Below are positions 1-9,568 of a stretch of 64,000 nucleotides of DNA, piece by piece. Each line of letters begins with the position of its first letter. The first letter of the stretch is position 1. A model generated the notes under the pieces. It saw only the letters and a list, made by a program, of their open reading frames with translations, was not told where the DNA came from and ran no database searches. The DNA comes from Spirochaetota bacterium (GTDB taxonomy: Bacteria > Spirochaetota > JAGLSM01 > JAKPMW01): positions 14,923-78,922 of the forward strand of contig JAITCI010000076.1 of the NCBI GenBank assembly GCA_031283155.1, read 5' to 3'. The translations under genes were made by a program, and so were the position numbers.

Positions 1-7
1 CAATTAC

Positions 8-403
8 GTGGATACCGGAAAGCTTGCTGTGTATAATGCGGCTACGCGCGAGCAAAAGCGGGACAAAGCGCTTCCGAGCGGAATGTCGGCGCTTACTTTG
101 GACAAAAGCAATGGGCGTCTTTATATCGGCGGCGGCGTCATTCTTTGCCTGAACGCAGCCACACTCGAGGAAGTTGCGTACCAGTCTTTTCAGCAGGCAG
201 CCGATGCGATAGCTCCATCATACGGTTGGTTTCCCAGTCTTGCTCTGGACGCCTCCGCGAAATTTCTTTTCGCTGCCGCTCCGGATTATTCTCTGGTAAA
301 TAACCGCGTTTTCGCGTTTAATCTGGAGACCGATACGCAGGCCGGTACCTTCTCGTTTGCGGGATGCCCCATATCGATTGTTTGCGCCACTATAACCAAA
401 TGA
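8..403 (+). CDS. C-terminal part of a hypothetical beta-propeller-like protein (5' truncated by window edge)
   Basis: ORF runs to a stop at 403 and is followed by a hairpin plus T-run at 421-450. No recognisable catalytic motif. Confidence 0.45.
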   Translation: MDTGKLAVYNAATREQKRDKALPSGMSALTLDKSNGRLYIGGGVILCLNAATLEEVAYQSFQQAADAIAPSYGWFPSLALDASAKFLFAAAPDYSLVNNRVFAFNLETDTQAGTFSFAGCPISIVCATITK

Positions 404-420
404 ATTGTATGCAATACAGG

Positions 421-450
421 AGACGCCTTCCGCGGAGGGCGTCTTTTTTT
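421..450 (+). terminator. Rho-independent terminator-like hairpin (GACGCC..tccgcgga..GGCGTC + T7)
   Basis: GC stem containing the internal palindrome tccgcgga, followed by TTTTTTT, directly after the stop at 403. Confidence 0.6.
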
Positions 451-536
451 GCCATAGCACAATAAATTTGATCCCTTCTTCCATCCATTGTATAATAAGC
501 GCTACAGATTTATCAATCTCGCGAGGCGGTCCGGCA

Positions 537-2165
537 ATGGGAACACTCCAGAATAATTCAGCACAGGAAGTTACGCAGGTACAGAGGAAGGCGCGAATTC
601 TTGTTTACGTGGTGAGCATTGTTGTTTTACTTGAAATCATTTTTGCCACCATTATCGCGCAATCGGCGGTGGGTGATGCGGCTGAAATCAGGCAAAAAGA
701 AATGGCAATAGCTTTCGAAAATTACCAGAACCTGGTCATCTTTAAGCTCCTCAACAGAACGCTCACCGGCTATGCCTTCTGGGCGGATATAGGGGATGCG
801 CTGAACGCGAAAGGGCAAATCTCGGAGTCGTTGGCGGATGATTGGTTTACCGGGAACACCGAGTTTAACGACTATGCCGCGATTCTCCACAAGGGTGAGG
901 TGATTATTGAGGACGGTCTTGCCACGGAGGATGTAGCGGAATTTATTCAGGATCCGCGGTTTCAGAAGCTGTACGAAGCGACGTCCATGGTTCAGGGTTC
1001 CGAGACGAATCAATACATCACGCATTATAACGGCAAAACCATTTTCTTCCTGATGAGTCCCAATGCGGATAGCGGCGGCGTCCCCAACGCCGAAGGGGTG
1101 CAGATATTCGCGACTGTTTTCGACAATTCGCTGGATACCGTTGGTTCTTTTATGAACGCGCAGGTCAGTTTTGACGAGATCAAAGGAGCTTCTGAAACCT
1201 TTACGCTTCCCATTGTGGATAGTCTCGACAAAAATTCTATCCGGAATCTGTATATCGCTCCGAATATCTCGCTCAGGCCGCTCGTGTTTGTTCCCATGTT
1301 CAGTTCTCTGGGCGCGCAGTTGATTATTACGATAGCCATCCTTGTGGTATTCGTTATTTTGCTTGGAACCATCTCCAAACTCTTCAGCCAGATCAGCGTC
1401 CTCTATGACGAACTCAAAAAGAATAACGCGCGCCTTGAAGCCGAGCTGAAGCTGGCGGGCTATGTGCAAAGGGGCATACTCCCGGAAGAGGGGAGCTACC
1501 GCAGCCGGCTTCCGATTGGGCGTCTCGCTATCAAGTTCGCGCCCTCGCAGCAGGTCAGCGGCGACGTCTATGACATTGCCATGACGGAAGACGCGGAGTG
1601 GGTTATCATGATGGACCTGACCGGCCACGGTCTCCCGGCGGCGCTTCTGACCACCTTTGCCACGATGGCTTTCCGCGAAGAGGTTCTGCATTGCGCCGGC
1701 CCCGAGGAACTCTTCAAAAAAATGTCGGGTCGCCTCGGGCACTACCTCCCCGAAGGCACATTCGTCGTTGCTATATGCGCAAAATTAACCGGCGAGGTGG
1801 TCGAGTTCTCCTCCGCCGGCGGCGAGGATTGCTATTTTTTCAGGAAGCGGGAGAACAAGATGTACGCGCTCAAGTCCTCCGGAACCATGCTGGGTATTCC
1901 CGGAGGCGCCTCCGATTGGCAGAGCTATCGTTTCCAGCTCGAGTCGGGAGATCGCCTCTTGTTCTTCAGCGACGGTATCCTCGACATACCGATTGCCGAA
2001 GGCGGCAAGCTCGGCGGCGAGGCATTCCTCAATATTTGCCGGAAACACCTTGGCCAGCATCCGCAGCAGGTGGTGGATAAGGTCTTTACCGATATCGAGG
2101 CTATGGCGAAGCCCGACGCCGAGCGCGACGATGTGACGATGCTGTGTATCGGCAAGGACGAGTAA
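537..2165 (+). CDS. Sensor-domain SpoIIE/PP2C-type serine phosphatase (membrane sensor + PP2C)
   Basis: C-terminal GDVYD..DLTGHGLPAALL motif typical of SpoIIE/PP2C, with N-terminal TM segments. The ATG at 537 follows a TATAAT-like box near 488-496. The ORF-track start at 405 lies inside the upstream terminator. Confidence 0.8.
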   Translation: MGTLQNNSAQEVTQVQRKARILVYVVSIVVLLEIIFATIIAQSAVGDAAEIRQKEMAIAFENYQNLVIFKLLNRTLTGYAFWADIGDALNAKGQISESLADDWFTGNTEFNDYAAILHKGEVIIEDGLATEDVAEFIQDPRFQKLYEATSMVQGSETNQYITHYNGKTIFFLMSPNADSGGVPNAEGVQIFATVFDNSLDTVGSFMNAQVSFDEIKGASETFTLPIVDSLDKNSIRNLYIAPNISLRPLVFVPMFSSLGAQLIITIAILVVFVILLGTISKLFSQISVLYDELKKNNARLEAELKLAGYVQRGILPEEGSYRSRLPIGRLAIKFAPSQQVSGDVYDIAMTEDAEWVIMMDLTGHGLPAALLTTFATMAFREEVLHCAGPEELFKKMSGRLGHYLPEGTFVVAICAKLTGEVVEFSSAGGEDCYFFRKRENKMYALKSSGTMLGIPGGASDWQSYRFQLESGDRLLFFSDGILDIPIAEGGKLGGEAFLNICRKHLGQHPQQVVDKVFTDIEAMAKPDAERDDVTMLCIGKDE

Positions 2166-2191
2166 AACTTCAGGATAAACGCAAGAGAAAA

Positions 2192-2226
2192 AGAGCCCCG
2201 ATGCTATGCAGTCGGGGCTCTTCTTA
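2192..2226 (+). terminator. Rho-independent terminator (GAGCCCCG..loop..CGGGGCTC + TTCTT)
   Basis: Perfect 8-9 bp GC stem and a U-rich tail 27 nt after the stop at 2165. Confidence 0.65.
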
Positions 2227-2350
2227 TAACTCCCCCCAATAACAAAAAACAGAGGAACCGCTTTTTGATGAGGCGTCGCACATAAAATTGTCCGCAGAGG
2301 TGAAGTTTGCGGCGGAAAACCCGATATTTCACAAAAGAGGCGGGAAATCC

Positions 2351-4315
2351 ATGCAGGCGCAAACCCAATCTGTGCGTACCACTTTCTCCGCGCGGCGAAC
2401 GACCATGCAGATCAGCGGGGAAGCCGCGCATTCGCATCATGCAAGCGTGTGTGCATCGCCCGCCGCGATTCCCGATAATCCTTATCTTTCGAGCCAGCTC
2501 ATCGCCTATATCGGCAACAAACGCCGCCTCTTGCCGCTGATCCATCGCGCGATAACGCTCTGCGGGGTACCTCGTCCGGGTACGCGGTCTCTGTTTGTGG
2601 ATTTTTTTGCGGGCAGCGGGGCGGTGAGCCGGCTTGCCAAATTGCTCGGCTTTCATGTGATCGCGAATGACTGGGAGGAATACGCCTGGATCCTGAACGA
2701 GGCGTTTCTTGTCACCCAGCCCGGCGATCTCGAAACTCTGTTCGCGGAGAAGGGCGGCCTTGCCGAGGTACTCGCCCGTCTCAATTCGCTGGATGCTGAT
2801 GTTTGCCGGAATGGATTCATCAGCCGGTATTACGCGCCGCAAAAAACAGAGGACGCCGATCCCGAACGCGAGCGGATGTTTTATACGACGGAAAACGCGC
2901 GCAGGATCGACGCGATCCGCGCCTGGATTGAATATGAGTATCCGGGAGAGATTCTGAATGAGCGGCAAGCTATGGAGAAGCGTCTTCTCCTGGGATTGCT
3001 GCTCTATGAGGCGGCGACGCACGCGAATACCTCCGGCGTGTTTAAGGCCTACCATTGCGGCTTTGGGGGGCGCGGCGGCGATGCGCTTCAGCGCATTCTG
3101 AAACCGGTGGAACTGGAGTATCCGGTATTATGCGCGGGCAGCGCGGAGGCGTACCGGGAGGATGCGGAACATTTCGCAAAACGATTCGCGGATGGGAAGC
3201 GCGGGATAGATATCGCCTATCTTGATCCGCCCTACAACCAGCATCAATACGGCTCAAATTATCATTTACTGAACACCATCGCGCGCGGCGATATGCCCAA
3301 GGTAAATGAAAAGCCGCTCGCCAAAACACGCGGGAGCGCGGACAAGGCGGGGATCCGGCGCGACTGGGTGAAAACCCATTCCCCCTTTTGCAGCCGCAGA
3401 GACGCGAGCCGGGCATTTGCGGATCTGCTCCGGGTGATTCGCGCGCGGCATATCCTGATCTCCTACAGCACGGAAGGGATGATCCCCGTTGCAGAGATGA
3501 TCGCGATTCTTGGGCGGCATGGCCGGCTTGATCTGGTACTCTCGGAGTATACGCGCTATCGCGGCGGGAAGCAGGCGCTCACCAGTACAAACGCCAATGT
3601 TGAATTTGTTCTGATTGCGCATACGGAGGAGGCGAATACCGAGGCGAATACGGCAAGGGTGCTGCGCGCGATCCAGACCGCGCAGCTTGGGCTGTATCTG
3701 AAGCGCGTGGTAAGCCCGGCGGTGCTGATCGCGCGGGGGTATTGCGTGCGGGGAGCGCTCTGTATCGACGATGGGCTGGAGTTTGTCAGGACCCTTGCAA
3801 GCGGTGTAACCCTCGCTGTTACTGTAAAAAAATTCAAATGGATTGAGGCCTGCGTTTTCCGGCGGGGGCAGGAAGAATTGCAGCTCTGCGCGATGCCTGA
3901 GCCGGAATATGCCGAGGTTCTCTGCGAGATAGCGGCGATCACCTCGATAACCCGCGACGAAGAGCTGGGCGTGACCATGAGCCGCGCGCGCTATTTGCTC
4001 GCGAAGGGAAATATTCCCTCGCTTGCGGAGCCGCTTGCGGAGATACCCTATTTGCTCAAAAAATTCAACGAAAGCACAGATTATTCCGACTCGCTGAAGC
4101 GGCTGGATGAGGCGCTCGTGATCGCCCTGGAGATTGCGGATACAATGGAAGAGCGCCCATGTTCGGCGGGGCTTGCAAAAAAACACGTACTTTTCGCGCG
4201 TCGGCTGCAATTTCTGATGGATCGCAAGCTCGCGCTCCTGCCAAAGAAAAACGATCCGGATTTGTATAGTCTGCGCCGCGATCTGGACGCGCACTCCGCA
4301 AGACTTTTTCCTTGA
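2351..4315 (+). CDS. Dam-family (D12-class) N6-adenine DNA methyltransferase with ~200-aa uncharacterised C-terminal extension
   Basis: YIGNKRRLLPLI resembles the Dam N-terminal 'AGGK..LL' motif. FFAGSGAV is the SAM motif I (FxGxG) and DPPY is motif IV. Good SD (aagagg) before the ATG at 2351. The ORF continues to 655 aa with no recognisable C-terminal domain. Confidence 0.8.
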   Translation: MQAQTQSVRTTFSARRTTMQISGEAAHSHHASVCASPAAIPDNPYLSSQLIAYIGNKRRLLPLIHRAITLCGVPRPGTRSLFVDFFAGSGAVSRLAKLLGFHVIANDWEEYAWILNEAFLVTQPGDLETLFAEKGGLAEVLARLNSLDADVCRNGFISRYYAPQKTEDADPERERMFYTTENARRIDAIRAWIEYEYPGEILNERQAMEKRLLLGLLLYEAATHANTSGVFKAYHCGFGGRGGDALQRILKPVELEYPVLCAGSAEAYREDAEHFAKRFADGKRGIDIAYLDPPYNQHQYGSNYHLLNTIARGDMPKVNEKPLAKTRGSADKAGIRRDWVKTHSPFCSRRDASRAFADLLRVIRARHILISYSTEGMIPVAEMIAILGRHGRLDLVLSEYTRYRGGKQALTSTNANVEFVLIAHTEEANTEANTARVLRAIQTAQLGLYLKRVVSPAVLIARGYCVRGALCIDDGLEFVRTLASGVTLAVTVKKFKWIEACVFRRGQEELQLCAMPEPEYAEVLCEIAAITSITRDEELGVTMSRARYLLAKGNIPSLAEPLAEIPYLLKKFNESTDYSDSLKRLDEALVIALEIADTMEERPCSAGLAKKHVLFARRLQFLMDRKLALLPKKNDPDLYSLRRDLDAHSARLFP

Positions 4316-4420
4316 TATTGATCCGCGCACCATACTACAATACGCCGTACCTTGCGGGAACATACTGTCTGCAAAGGTGTAATCTACCGCTGTGTCTGCA
4401 TTTGCGGCACAATGCGATGA

Positions 4421-4624
4421 GTGTGGAGGAAAACCATGAGTTCAAGGTTAATTATTATCGTTGTGTTAATAGCGGCCGCTGCTTTGTTTGTCATCCCGTG
4501 GCTTGATGGCGGAAAGATGGCTTTCGTAAGCGGTAATTTCATTTCTCTTCCGGGCTGGCTTGCCTGTATTATTCTTGTTGCCATTGGATACGCGCTGGCG
4601 CTTTTTATGGGGAAAAAAAGATAA
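4421..4624 (+). CDS. Small 2-TM membrane protein (tentatively DUF1049/LapA-like)
   Basis: SD ggagg precedes the start. Two hydrophobic helices, a basic C-terminus (KKR), and a paralogue of the next ORF. Confidence 0.55.
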   Translation: MWRKTMSSRLIIIVVLIAAAALFVIPWLDGGKMAFVSGNFISLPGWLACIILVAIGYALALFMGKKR

Positions 4625-4651
4625 AAGTAATATTTTGCGAGAGGGGGAACC

Positions 4652-4837
4652 ATGCAAGCAAAAACAGTCATCCTGATTCTGCTGATAGTCTGGGCGGTAT
4701 TTCTTATTATTGCGAATTCAGGACAAACAGGACTGATCTTACTTCCCGGAGTGAGTATATCTATGCCAACATTTATCTTTGGTCTTATTTTCCTGGTCAT
4801 TGGCTATTTTCTGCCCGTGCTTCTCAGGAAAAAATAA
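4652..4837 (+). CDS. Small 2-TM membrane protein, paralogue of the preceding ORF
   Basis: SD gaggggg. Same architecture (TM, short loop, TM, RKK tail). Confidence 0.55.
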   Translation: MQAKTVILILLIVWAVFLIIANSGQTGLILLPGVSISMPTFIFGLIFLVIGYFLPVLLRKK

Positions 4838-4870
4838 AAAGCCCATGTTTACTTGATTGGCAAGAGGCAT

Positions 4871-5692
4871 ATGAGTGTAATCTCAGGGAAGCTCGGTTAC
4901 CGGGCTTCCCTGTTTTGGATCACGTTTGCGGTTTTTGTGTTTTTTTTCGCCCTGCTTATGCAGGGAATGCCGATTCCGGCGATACAGATCTTTTTTTTAG
5001 TTATGGCGGTATGCGGCGCGTATCTTGCCCCGTTTCCGGCGGAGAGGTATGCAGCCGGGCGCGAGGCCATGTTTGCGCGCTTATCGCTCAGGCGGCTGCC
5101 TGTTTCGGATTGCCTGCTGATCGCGCTTGCGGCTCTGCTTCTTCTGCCCGCATTAACCATGCTTTTTGAACAGGGTATGCGGCTTATTCCCGGGTATCCT
5201 GACTACGCGCGCAATGCGGAAGCGGTCTTCCGGCGCGGTCTCGCCGAACAAGGCGTATGTACGCTTTTTTGTTCTTTGGCGGCGCTGTCGGCGATCTGCG
5301 AGGAATTCTTTTTTCGCGGGCTTTTTGCGTCAGGCTTGCGCGAGACAGGGCTTTCGCGTCCGGTGCGCATATTTTCAGGCGCGCTTTTTTTCGCGATCAT
5401 GCACCTTGATCCCTGGCGGCTCCTCCCGATGTGTACACTCGGCATGATTATGATGTGGCTGGTTGAACGAAGCGGGAGTATATGGGCACCGGTTATTTAT
5501 CATTGTACGAATAACGCTTCGGTTTTGGGGCTTTCACTTTTGCGCAGTACTCAGGCTGCGTCAGCGGATTCCGCCGAGGTTCAGGATTTCTTCCTGACCG
5601 GAAGTCCTGCTCCTGTATCGGTACTGTTCGCGCTTATTCCGGCGGTATTTGGGTTGTACGCGCTCCGGCGGTCAAAAGAGCGAAAATACTGA
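4871..5692 (+). CDS. CPBP-family (CAAX/Abi-type) intramembrane metalloprotease
   Basis: CPBP signature motifs EEFFFRG (EExxxR), FAIMH (FxxxH) and HCTNN (HxxxN), with multiple TM helices. SD agagg precedes the ATG at 4871. Confidence 0.75.
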   Translation: MSVISGKLGYRASLFWITFAVFVFFFALLMQGMPIPAIQIFFLVMAVCGAYLAPFPAERYAAGREAMFARLSLRRLPVSDCLLIALAALLLLPALTMLFEQGMRLIPGYPDYARNAEAVFRRGLAEQGVCTLFCSLAALSAICEEFFFRGLFASGLRETGLSRPVRIFSGALFFAIMHLDPWRLLPMCTLGMIMMWLVERSGSIWAPVIYHCTNNASVLGLSLLRSTQAASADSAEVQDFFLTGSPAPVSVLFALIPAVFGLYALRRSKERKY

Positions 5693-6124
5693 GCCTTTTT
5701 TGGATACTTCCTGATCGCGCTGATAATAATTGGTTATAAAATGCGTTACTGCCGGGCGAAGATTATCGCGGGCGGCGAGTTCATTCAGGTTCTGCCCCCA
5801 GTCCGCCTGAAAGATGGGATAGTTGCGCGCGGCTTTGTTTTCCCCCAGGCGAATCATGGCTCTGTCGAGTATACAATTTGTGCTGACCCTCAGAAAAACG
5901 ACGCCCTCATCCTGGGGAATGGTAAGCATATATCCCATCAGCGCCTCGGCGTCGGAGACGCGGAAGAGCTTATAATTTTTTTCGGTATACGCGCTGTACC
6001 CCACGCTGTCGGGGTAAAATTCGGTGCGTACCGCGTATTCCGGCGGCAATGCGCAGGAGGCGAGAACCGTAAAAAGAGCGGCTATAACAAACATATCGGC
6101 GAGTAAGCCGGCGCGATTCACCAT
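5672..6124 (-). CDS. Hypothetical lipoprotein
   Basis: Signal peptide with a lipobox-like LASC. The opposite-strand ORF 5741-6106 has no features. Confidence 0.55.
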   Translation of the reverse strand: MVNRAGLLADMFVIAALFTVLASCALPPEYAVRTEFYPDSVGYSAYTEKNYKLFRVSDAEALMGYMLTIPQDEGVVFLRVSTNCILDRAMIRLGENKAARNYPIFQADWGQNLNELAARDNLRPAVTHFITNYYQRDQEVSKKGSVFSLF

Positions 6125-6280
6125 GAGTCAACAATACACAATAAAAACCGTCAAGCAGGGAAAAAACTTCAAAAATTTTCAAAAGGCTTGCGCAAAAATG
6201 CCTCGACGAGTATATTTGTACCTACAGGCGTACGCCATCAGCACGGCGGCAAAACGGATATATGATCGTCAGGGGGCAGC

Positions 6281-6754
6281 ATGAAGGTCGAATACATTAA
6301 CCCATTTGTAAACGCAACACAAAATGTGTTCAAGATGATGATGAATATCGATATTGCTGCCGGCAAGCCCTATTTGTTTGATCCGTTTGCCGGCGCGCAT
6401 TCGTATGATATTTCGGGTATCATCGGTTTATCCGGCGAAACCACAGGCGCGGTTGTGCTTTCGTTTACCAAGCTCTGCGCGCTCAAGGTGGTCTCGGAAT
6501 TCTCGGGCATGGAAATCAAGATTTTCGATCAAACCGTAGTCGATGCCATTGGCGAGCTGATCAATATAGTCGCCGGAAACGCAAAAAAGGATCTCAAGGA
6601 TTTTAAGCTCAACATATCGCTGCCGTCGGTTGTAACCGGACATTCCCATAAGCTCAACTGGCCAACGGGCGTACCGGTAATCATGATTCCCTTCACTTCA
6701 CCCATGGGCGAGTTTTCGATTGGCGTCTCGATCCGCGAGCCTGTAAAAAAATAG
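6281..6754 (+). CDS. cheX: CheX-type chemotaxis phosphatase (CheC/CheX/FliY family)
   Basis: About 157 aa with the family motif GELINIVAGNA (ExxN). INPFVNATQNVF at the N-terminus resembles CheX. Confidence 0.75.
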   Translation: MKVEYINPFVNATQNVFKMMMNIDIAAGKPYLFDPFAGAHSYDISGIIGLSGETTGAVVLSFTKLCALKVVSEFSGMEIKIFDQTVVDAIGELINIVAGNAKKDLKDFKLNISLPSVVTGHSHKLNWPTGVPVIMIPFTSPMGEFSIGVSIREPVKK

Positions 6755-6782
6755 GTCTCCATTACGCTGATCCCTGGAGAAG

Positions 6783-9230
6783 ATGTCCGTGTCCGAGTAC
6801 GATTTTTCCGCTATCGAAAAAAAATGGCAGAACTATTGGGAAGCAAATAAGACCTTTCGGATGCGGGAAGATCCCGCCATTCCGAAAGAGCGGCGATTCT
6901 ATTGCCTCGATATGTTTCCCTATCCGTCGAGCGCCGGGCTGCACATAGGGCATCCCGAGGGCTATACCGCAACCGACATTATCTGCCGCTATAAGCGTAT
7001 GCGGGGATATGCCGTGCTGCATCCCATGGGCTGGGATTCCTTTGGGCTGCCCGCTGAAAATTATGCCATCAAAACAGGCACACACCCGCGAACCACCACC
7101 CTCGCCAATATTGAGGGCTTTCGCAGGCAGATCAAGGCGCTCGGTTTTTCGTATGACTGGGATCGCGAGGCGAGTACCTGCGACCCGGACTATTTTCGCT
7201 GGACGCAATGGATATTTTTGCAGCTCTATAACGCGGGGCTTGCCTACCAGGCGATTGTGCCGATCAATTTCTGCCCTTCGTGCCGCACCGGACTCGCGAA
7301 CGAAGAGGTGAAGGACGGGCGATGCGAGCGCTGCCATACCGAGGTCGTGCGTAAGGACATGAAACAGTGGATGCTCCGGATCACCGCCTACGCCGACCGC
7401 CTGCTTTCTGATTTAGATCTCCTGGACTGGCCGGAGCCGATAAAGCTAATGCAGCGCAACTGGATTGGCCGCTCGGTCGGGGCCGAGGTGGATTTTGCCA
7501 TCCCGGGCAGAAGCGAGGTGCTCACGGTTTTCACGACCCGCCCCGACACGCTCTTTGGCGCGACCTATATGTGCCTCTCGCCCGAGCATCCCCTTTTGGA
7601 CGCCCTCGCCACGGAGGAACAGCGGGCGGCGGTGACGGCGTATGTGGAAGCCGCAAAAAACAAGAGCGATTTGGATCGTACCGATCTCGCGAAAGAAAAA
7701 ACGGGCGTATTTTTGGGCAGCTACGCGATCAACCCCGTCAATAACGCGCGCATCCCTATCTGGGTCGCGGATTACGTACTCATCTCGTATGGAACCGGCG
7801 CGATCATGGCTGTTCCGGCGCACGACGAACGCGACTTTGAATTTGCGCAAAAGTTTTCGCTCCCGATTATCGAGGTGGTCAGCGCCGACGGCAAAACGCA
7901 TGGCATACCCAAAGAGGCGCTCACGCCGGACGGGTACGCGGTCAATTCCGGCGAGTTTGACGGGCTCTCCACTTCGGAGTGCAAGCAAAAGATCACCGCC
8001 CGCCTCGCGTCGATGGGCAAGGGCAAAGAGGCGGTGCATTATAAGCTCCGCGACTGGGTGTTCTCGCGGCAGCGCTATTGGGGCGAACCCATCCCGCTGG
8101 TGCATTGCGAGCGCTGCGGCACGGTCGCCTTACCGGAGAGCGCGCTCCCCCTCACGCTGCCCGAGGTGGAAGCCTATACCCCGAGCGGCACAGGGGAATC
8201 TCCGCTCGCGGCGATGCGCGACTGGGTTGCGGCCGTTTGCCCTCAGTGCGGCGGGTCTGCCCGGCGCGAAACCGACACCATGCCCCAATGGGCGGGTTCC
8301 TGCTGGTACTACATCCGGTTCCTCGACGCGCATAATACCGCGGTATTCGCTTCGCCGGAGAGGATTGCGTACTGGCTGCCCGTGGATCTCTATATCGGCG
8401 GGGCGGAACACGCGGTGCTGCACCTGCTCTACGCGCGGTTCTGGCATAAGTTCCTTTTCGACAAGGGATTTGTGCAGAGCCCAGAGCCCTTCATGCGGCT
8501 TGTGAATCAGGGGCTCATCATGGGCGAGGACGGGCAAAAGATGTCCAAGTCGCTCGGGAATGTGGTCAACCCCGACGAGGTGATCGCGCAGCACGGCGCC
8601 GACACCCTGCGCCTTTATGAAATGTTTCTGGGGCCGCTCGAAATGTCCAAGCCCTGGAATATGAGCGGCATCATGGGTGTGCGCCGTTTTCTGGAGCGCG
8701 CGCTCAGGTTGTTCGATAAGCCGATTGCCGATGGCGCGGCACACGGGAATGTGGAAGAACCCGAGGATCACGCGCGATTGCGGCACAGGACGATTCGGAA
8801 GGTTACGGAAGATATCGAGAATCTCAGTTTCAATACCGCGATCAGCGCGTTGATGGTTTTTGTCACCGAGCTGACCAGGCGCGATACGTTTATGCGCGCC
8901 GATGCCGAGGCGCTTGCCCTCCTGCTCTCGCCGTTTGCGCCGCATCTCGGCGAGGAACTCTGGGCGCTCGCGGGGCACGATACAACGCTCGCTTACGAGA
9001 AATGGCCTGAGTTCAACCCGGCGCTGACGGTTCAGGATACCGTGGAAGTGGTGTTCCAGGTGAACGGCAAGGTGCGCGATAAGGCGCTCTTTGCGCGCAA
9101 TTCCGAAGCAGCCATTCTCGAGGCCGCCGCGCGCAGAAGCGAACGGGTTGCGCCCTGGATCGCGGGCAGGGAAATCGTGAAAATAATCTGCGTACCGGAC
9201 AAACTCGTGAATATTGTGGTAAGAGGCTAG
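6783..9230 (+). CDS. leuS: Leucyl-tRNA synthetase
   Basis: HIGH-type HPEG motif, KMSKS (QKMSKSLGN) and 815 aa. Unmistakable class I LeuS. Confidence 0.97.
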   Translation: MSVSEYDFSAIEKKWQNYWEANKTFRMREDPAIPKERRFYCLDMFPYPSSAGLHIGHPEGYTATDIICRYKRMRGYAVLHPMGWDSFGLPAENYAIKTGTHPRTTTLANIEGFRRQIKALGFSYDWDREASTCDPDYFRWTQWIFLQLYNAGLAYQAIVPINFCPSCRTGLANEEVKDGRCERCHTEVVRKDMKQWMLRITAYADRLLSDLDLLDWPEPIKLMQRNWIGRSVGAEVDFAIPGRSEVLTVFTTRPDTLFGATYMCLSPEHPLLDALATEEQRAAVTAYVEAAKNKSDLDRTDLAKEKTGVFLGSYAINPVNNARIPIWVADYVLISYGTGAIMAVPAHDERDFEFAQKFSLPIIEVVSADGKTHGIPKEALTPDGYAVNSGEFDGLSTSECKQKITARLASMGKGKEAVHYKLRDWVFSRQRYWGEPIPLVHCERCGTVALPESALPLTLPEVEAYTPSGTGESPLAAMRDWVAAVCPQCGGSARRETDTMPQWAGSCWYYIRFLDAHNTAVFASPERIAYWLPVDLYIGGAEHAVLHLLYARFWHKFLFDKGFVQSPEPFMRLVNQGLIMGEDGQKMSKSLGNVVNPDEVIAQHGADTLRLYEMFLGPLEMSKPWNMSGIMGVRRFLERALRLFDKPIADGAAHGNVEEPEDHARLRHRTIRKVTEDIENLSFNTAISALMVFVTELTRRDTFMRADAEALALLLSPFAPHLGEELWALAGHDTTLAYEKWPEFNPALTVQDTVEVVFQVNGKVRDKALFARNSEAAILEAAARRSERVAPWIAGREIVKIICVPDKLVNIVVRG

Positions 9231-9300
9231 AACAGGAGGTTCTGTCCCGCGCGAAGCGTGCAAGGCAAGCGCGTACAAGGATGTACGCTTTTGCGAAGGG
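9226..9300. repeat. Intergenic repeat element, copy 1 (GCTAGAACAGGAGGTTYTG.CCCGCGCGAAGCGTRCAAGG.AAGCGCGTACAAGG)
   Basis: About 55 nt and near-identical to 23343-23397. Internal direct repeat GCGTRCAAGG x2. Confidence 0.5.
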
Positions 9301-9568
9301 GAAGAACAGGAGCCGCGAAAAAGACAAAAGTATTTGGCCACGAAATTCACGAAAAAAGGCTCGAATAAAACCCTAAAAAGACAAAAACAAATGACTGGGG
9401 TAAATACAACAACAAAAAAGCAAAACAATGATTGGGGTGAATACAAAACCAAAATACGGCTCTCCCGCCTTGGTCTTGGCTTTTAACCTCGAACTCTTTT
9501 TAAGTCTTTATTCGATCTTTTATTCGCGTGATTTGTGGCAAAAAAATTTTTTTTGTTTTTCACGGCTC

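Noticed and set aside
1598-2080. Arg-rich 160-aa alternate-frame ORF inside the SpoIIE phosphatase gene, and similar ORFs at 8078-8335 and 11164-11642
   Set aside because: These are typical GC-rich out-of-frame artefacts. They overlap genes with strong motif support and have no RBS.
2204-4363. Long minus-strand ORFs (2204-3055, 3266-4363, 3042-3416) overlapping the methyltransferase gene
   Set aside because: They are antisense to a gene with clear Dam motifs. They have Arg/Pro-rich low-complexity translations typical of GC-rich antisense frames, and no RBS.
7446-9452. Minus-strand ORFs 7446-8105 and 8130-9452, and plus-strand alternate-frame ORF 7642-8505, inside leuS
   Set aside because: leuS is unambiguous. 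These are R/A/P-rich frame artefacts of high GC.
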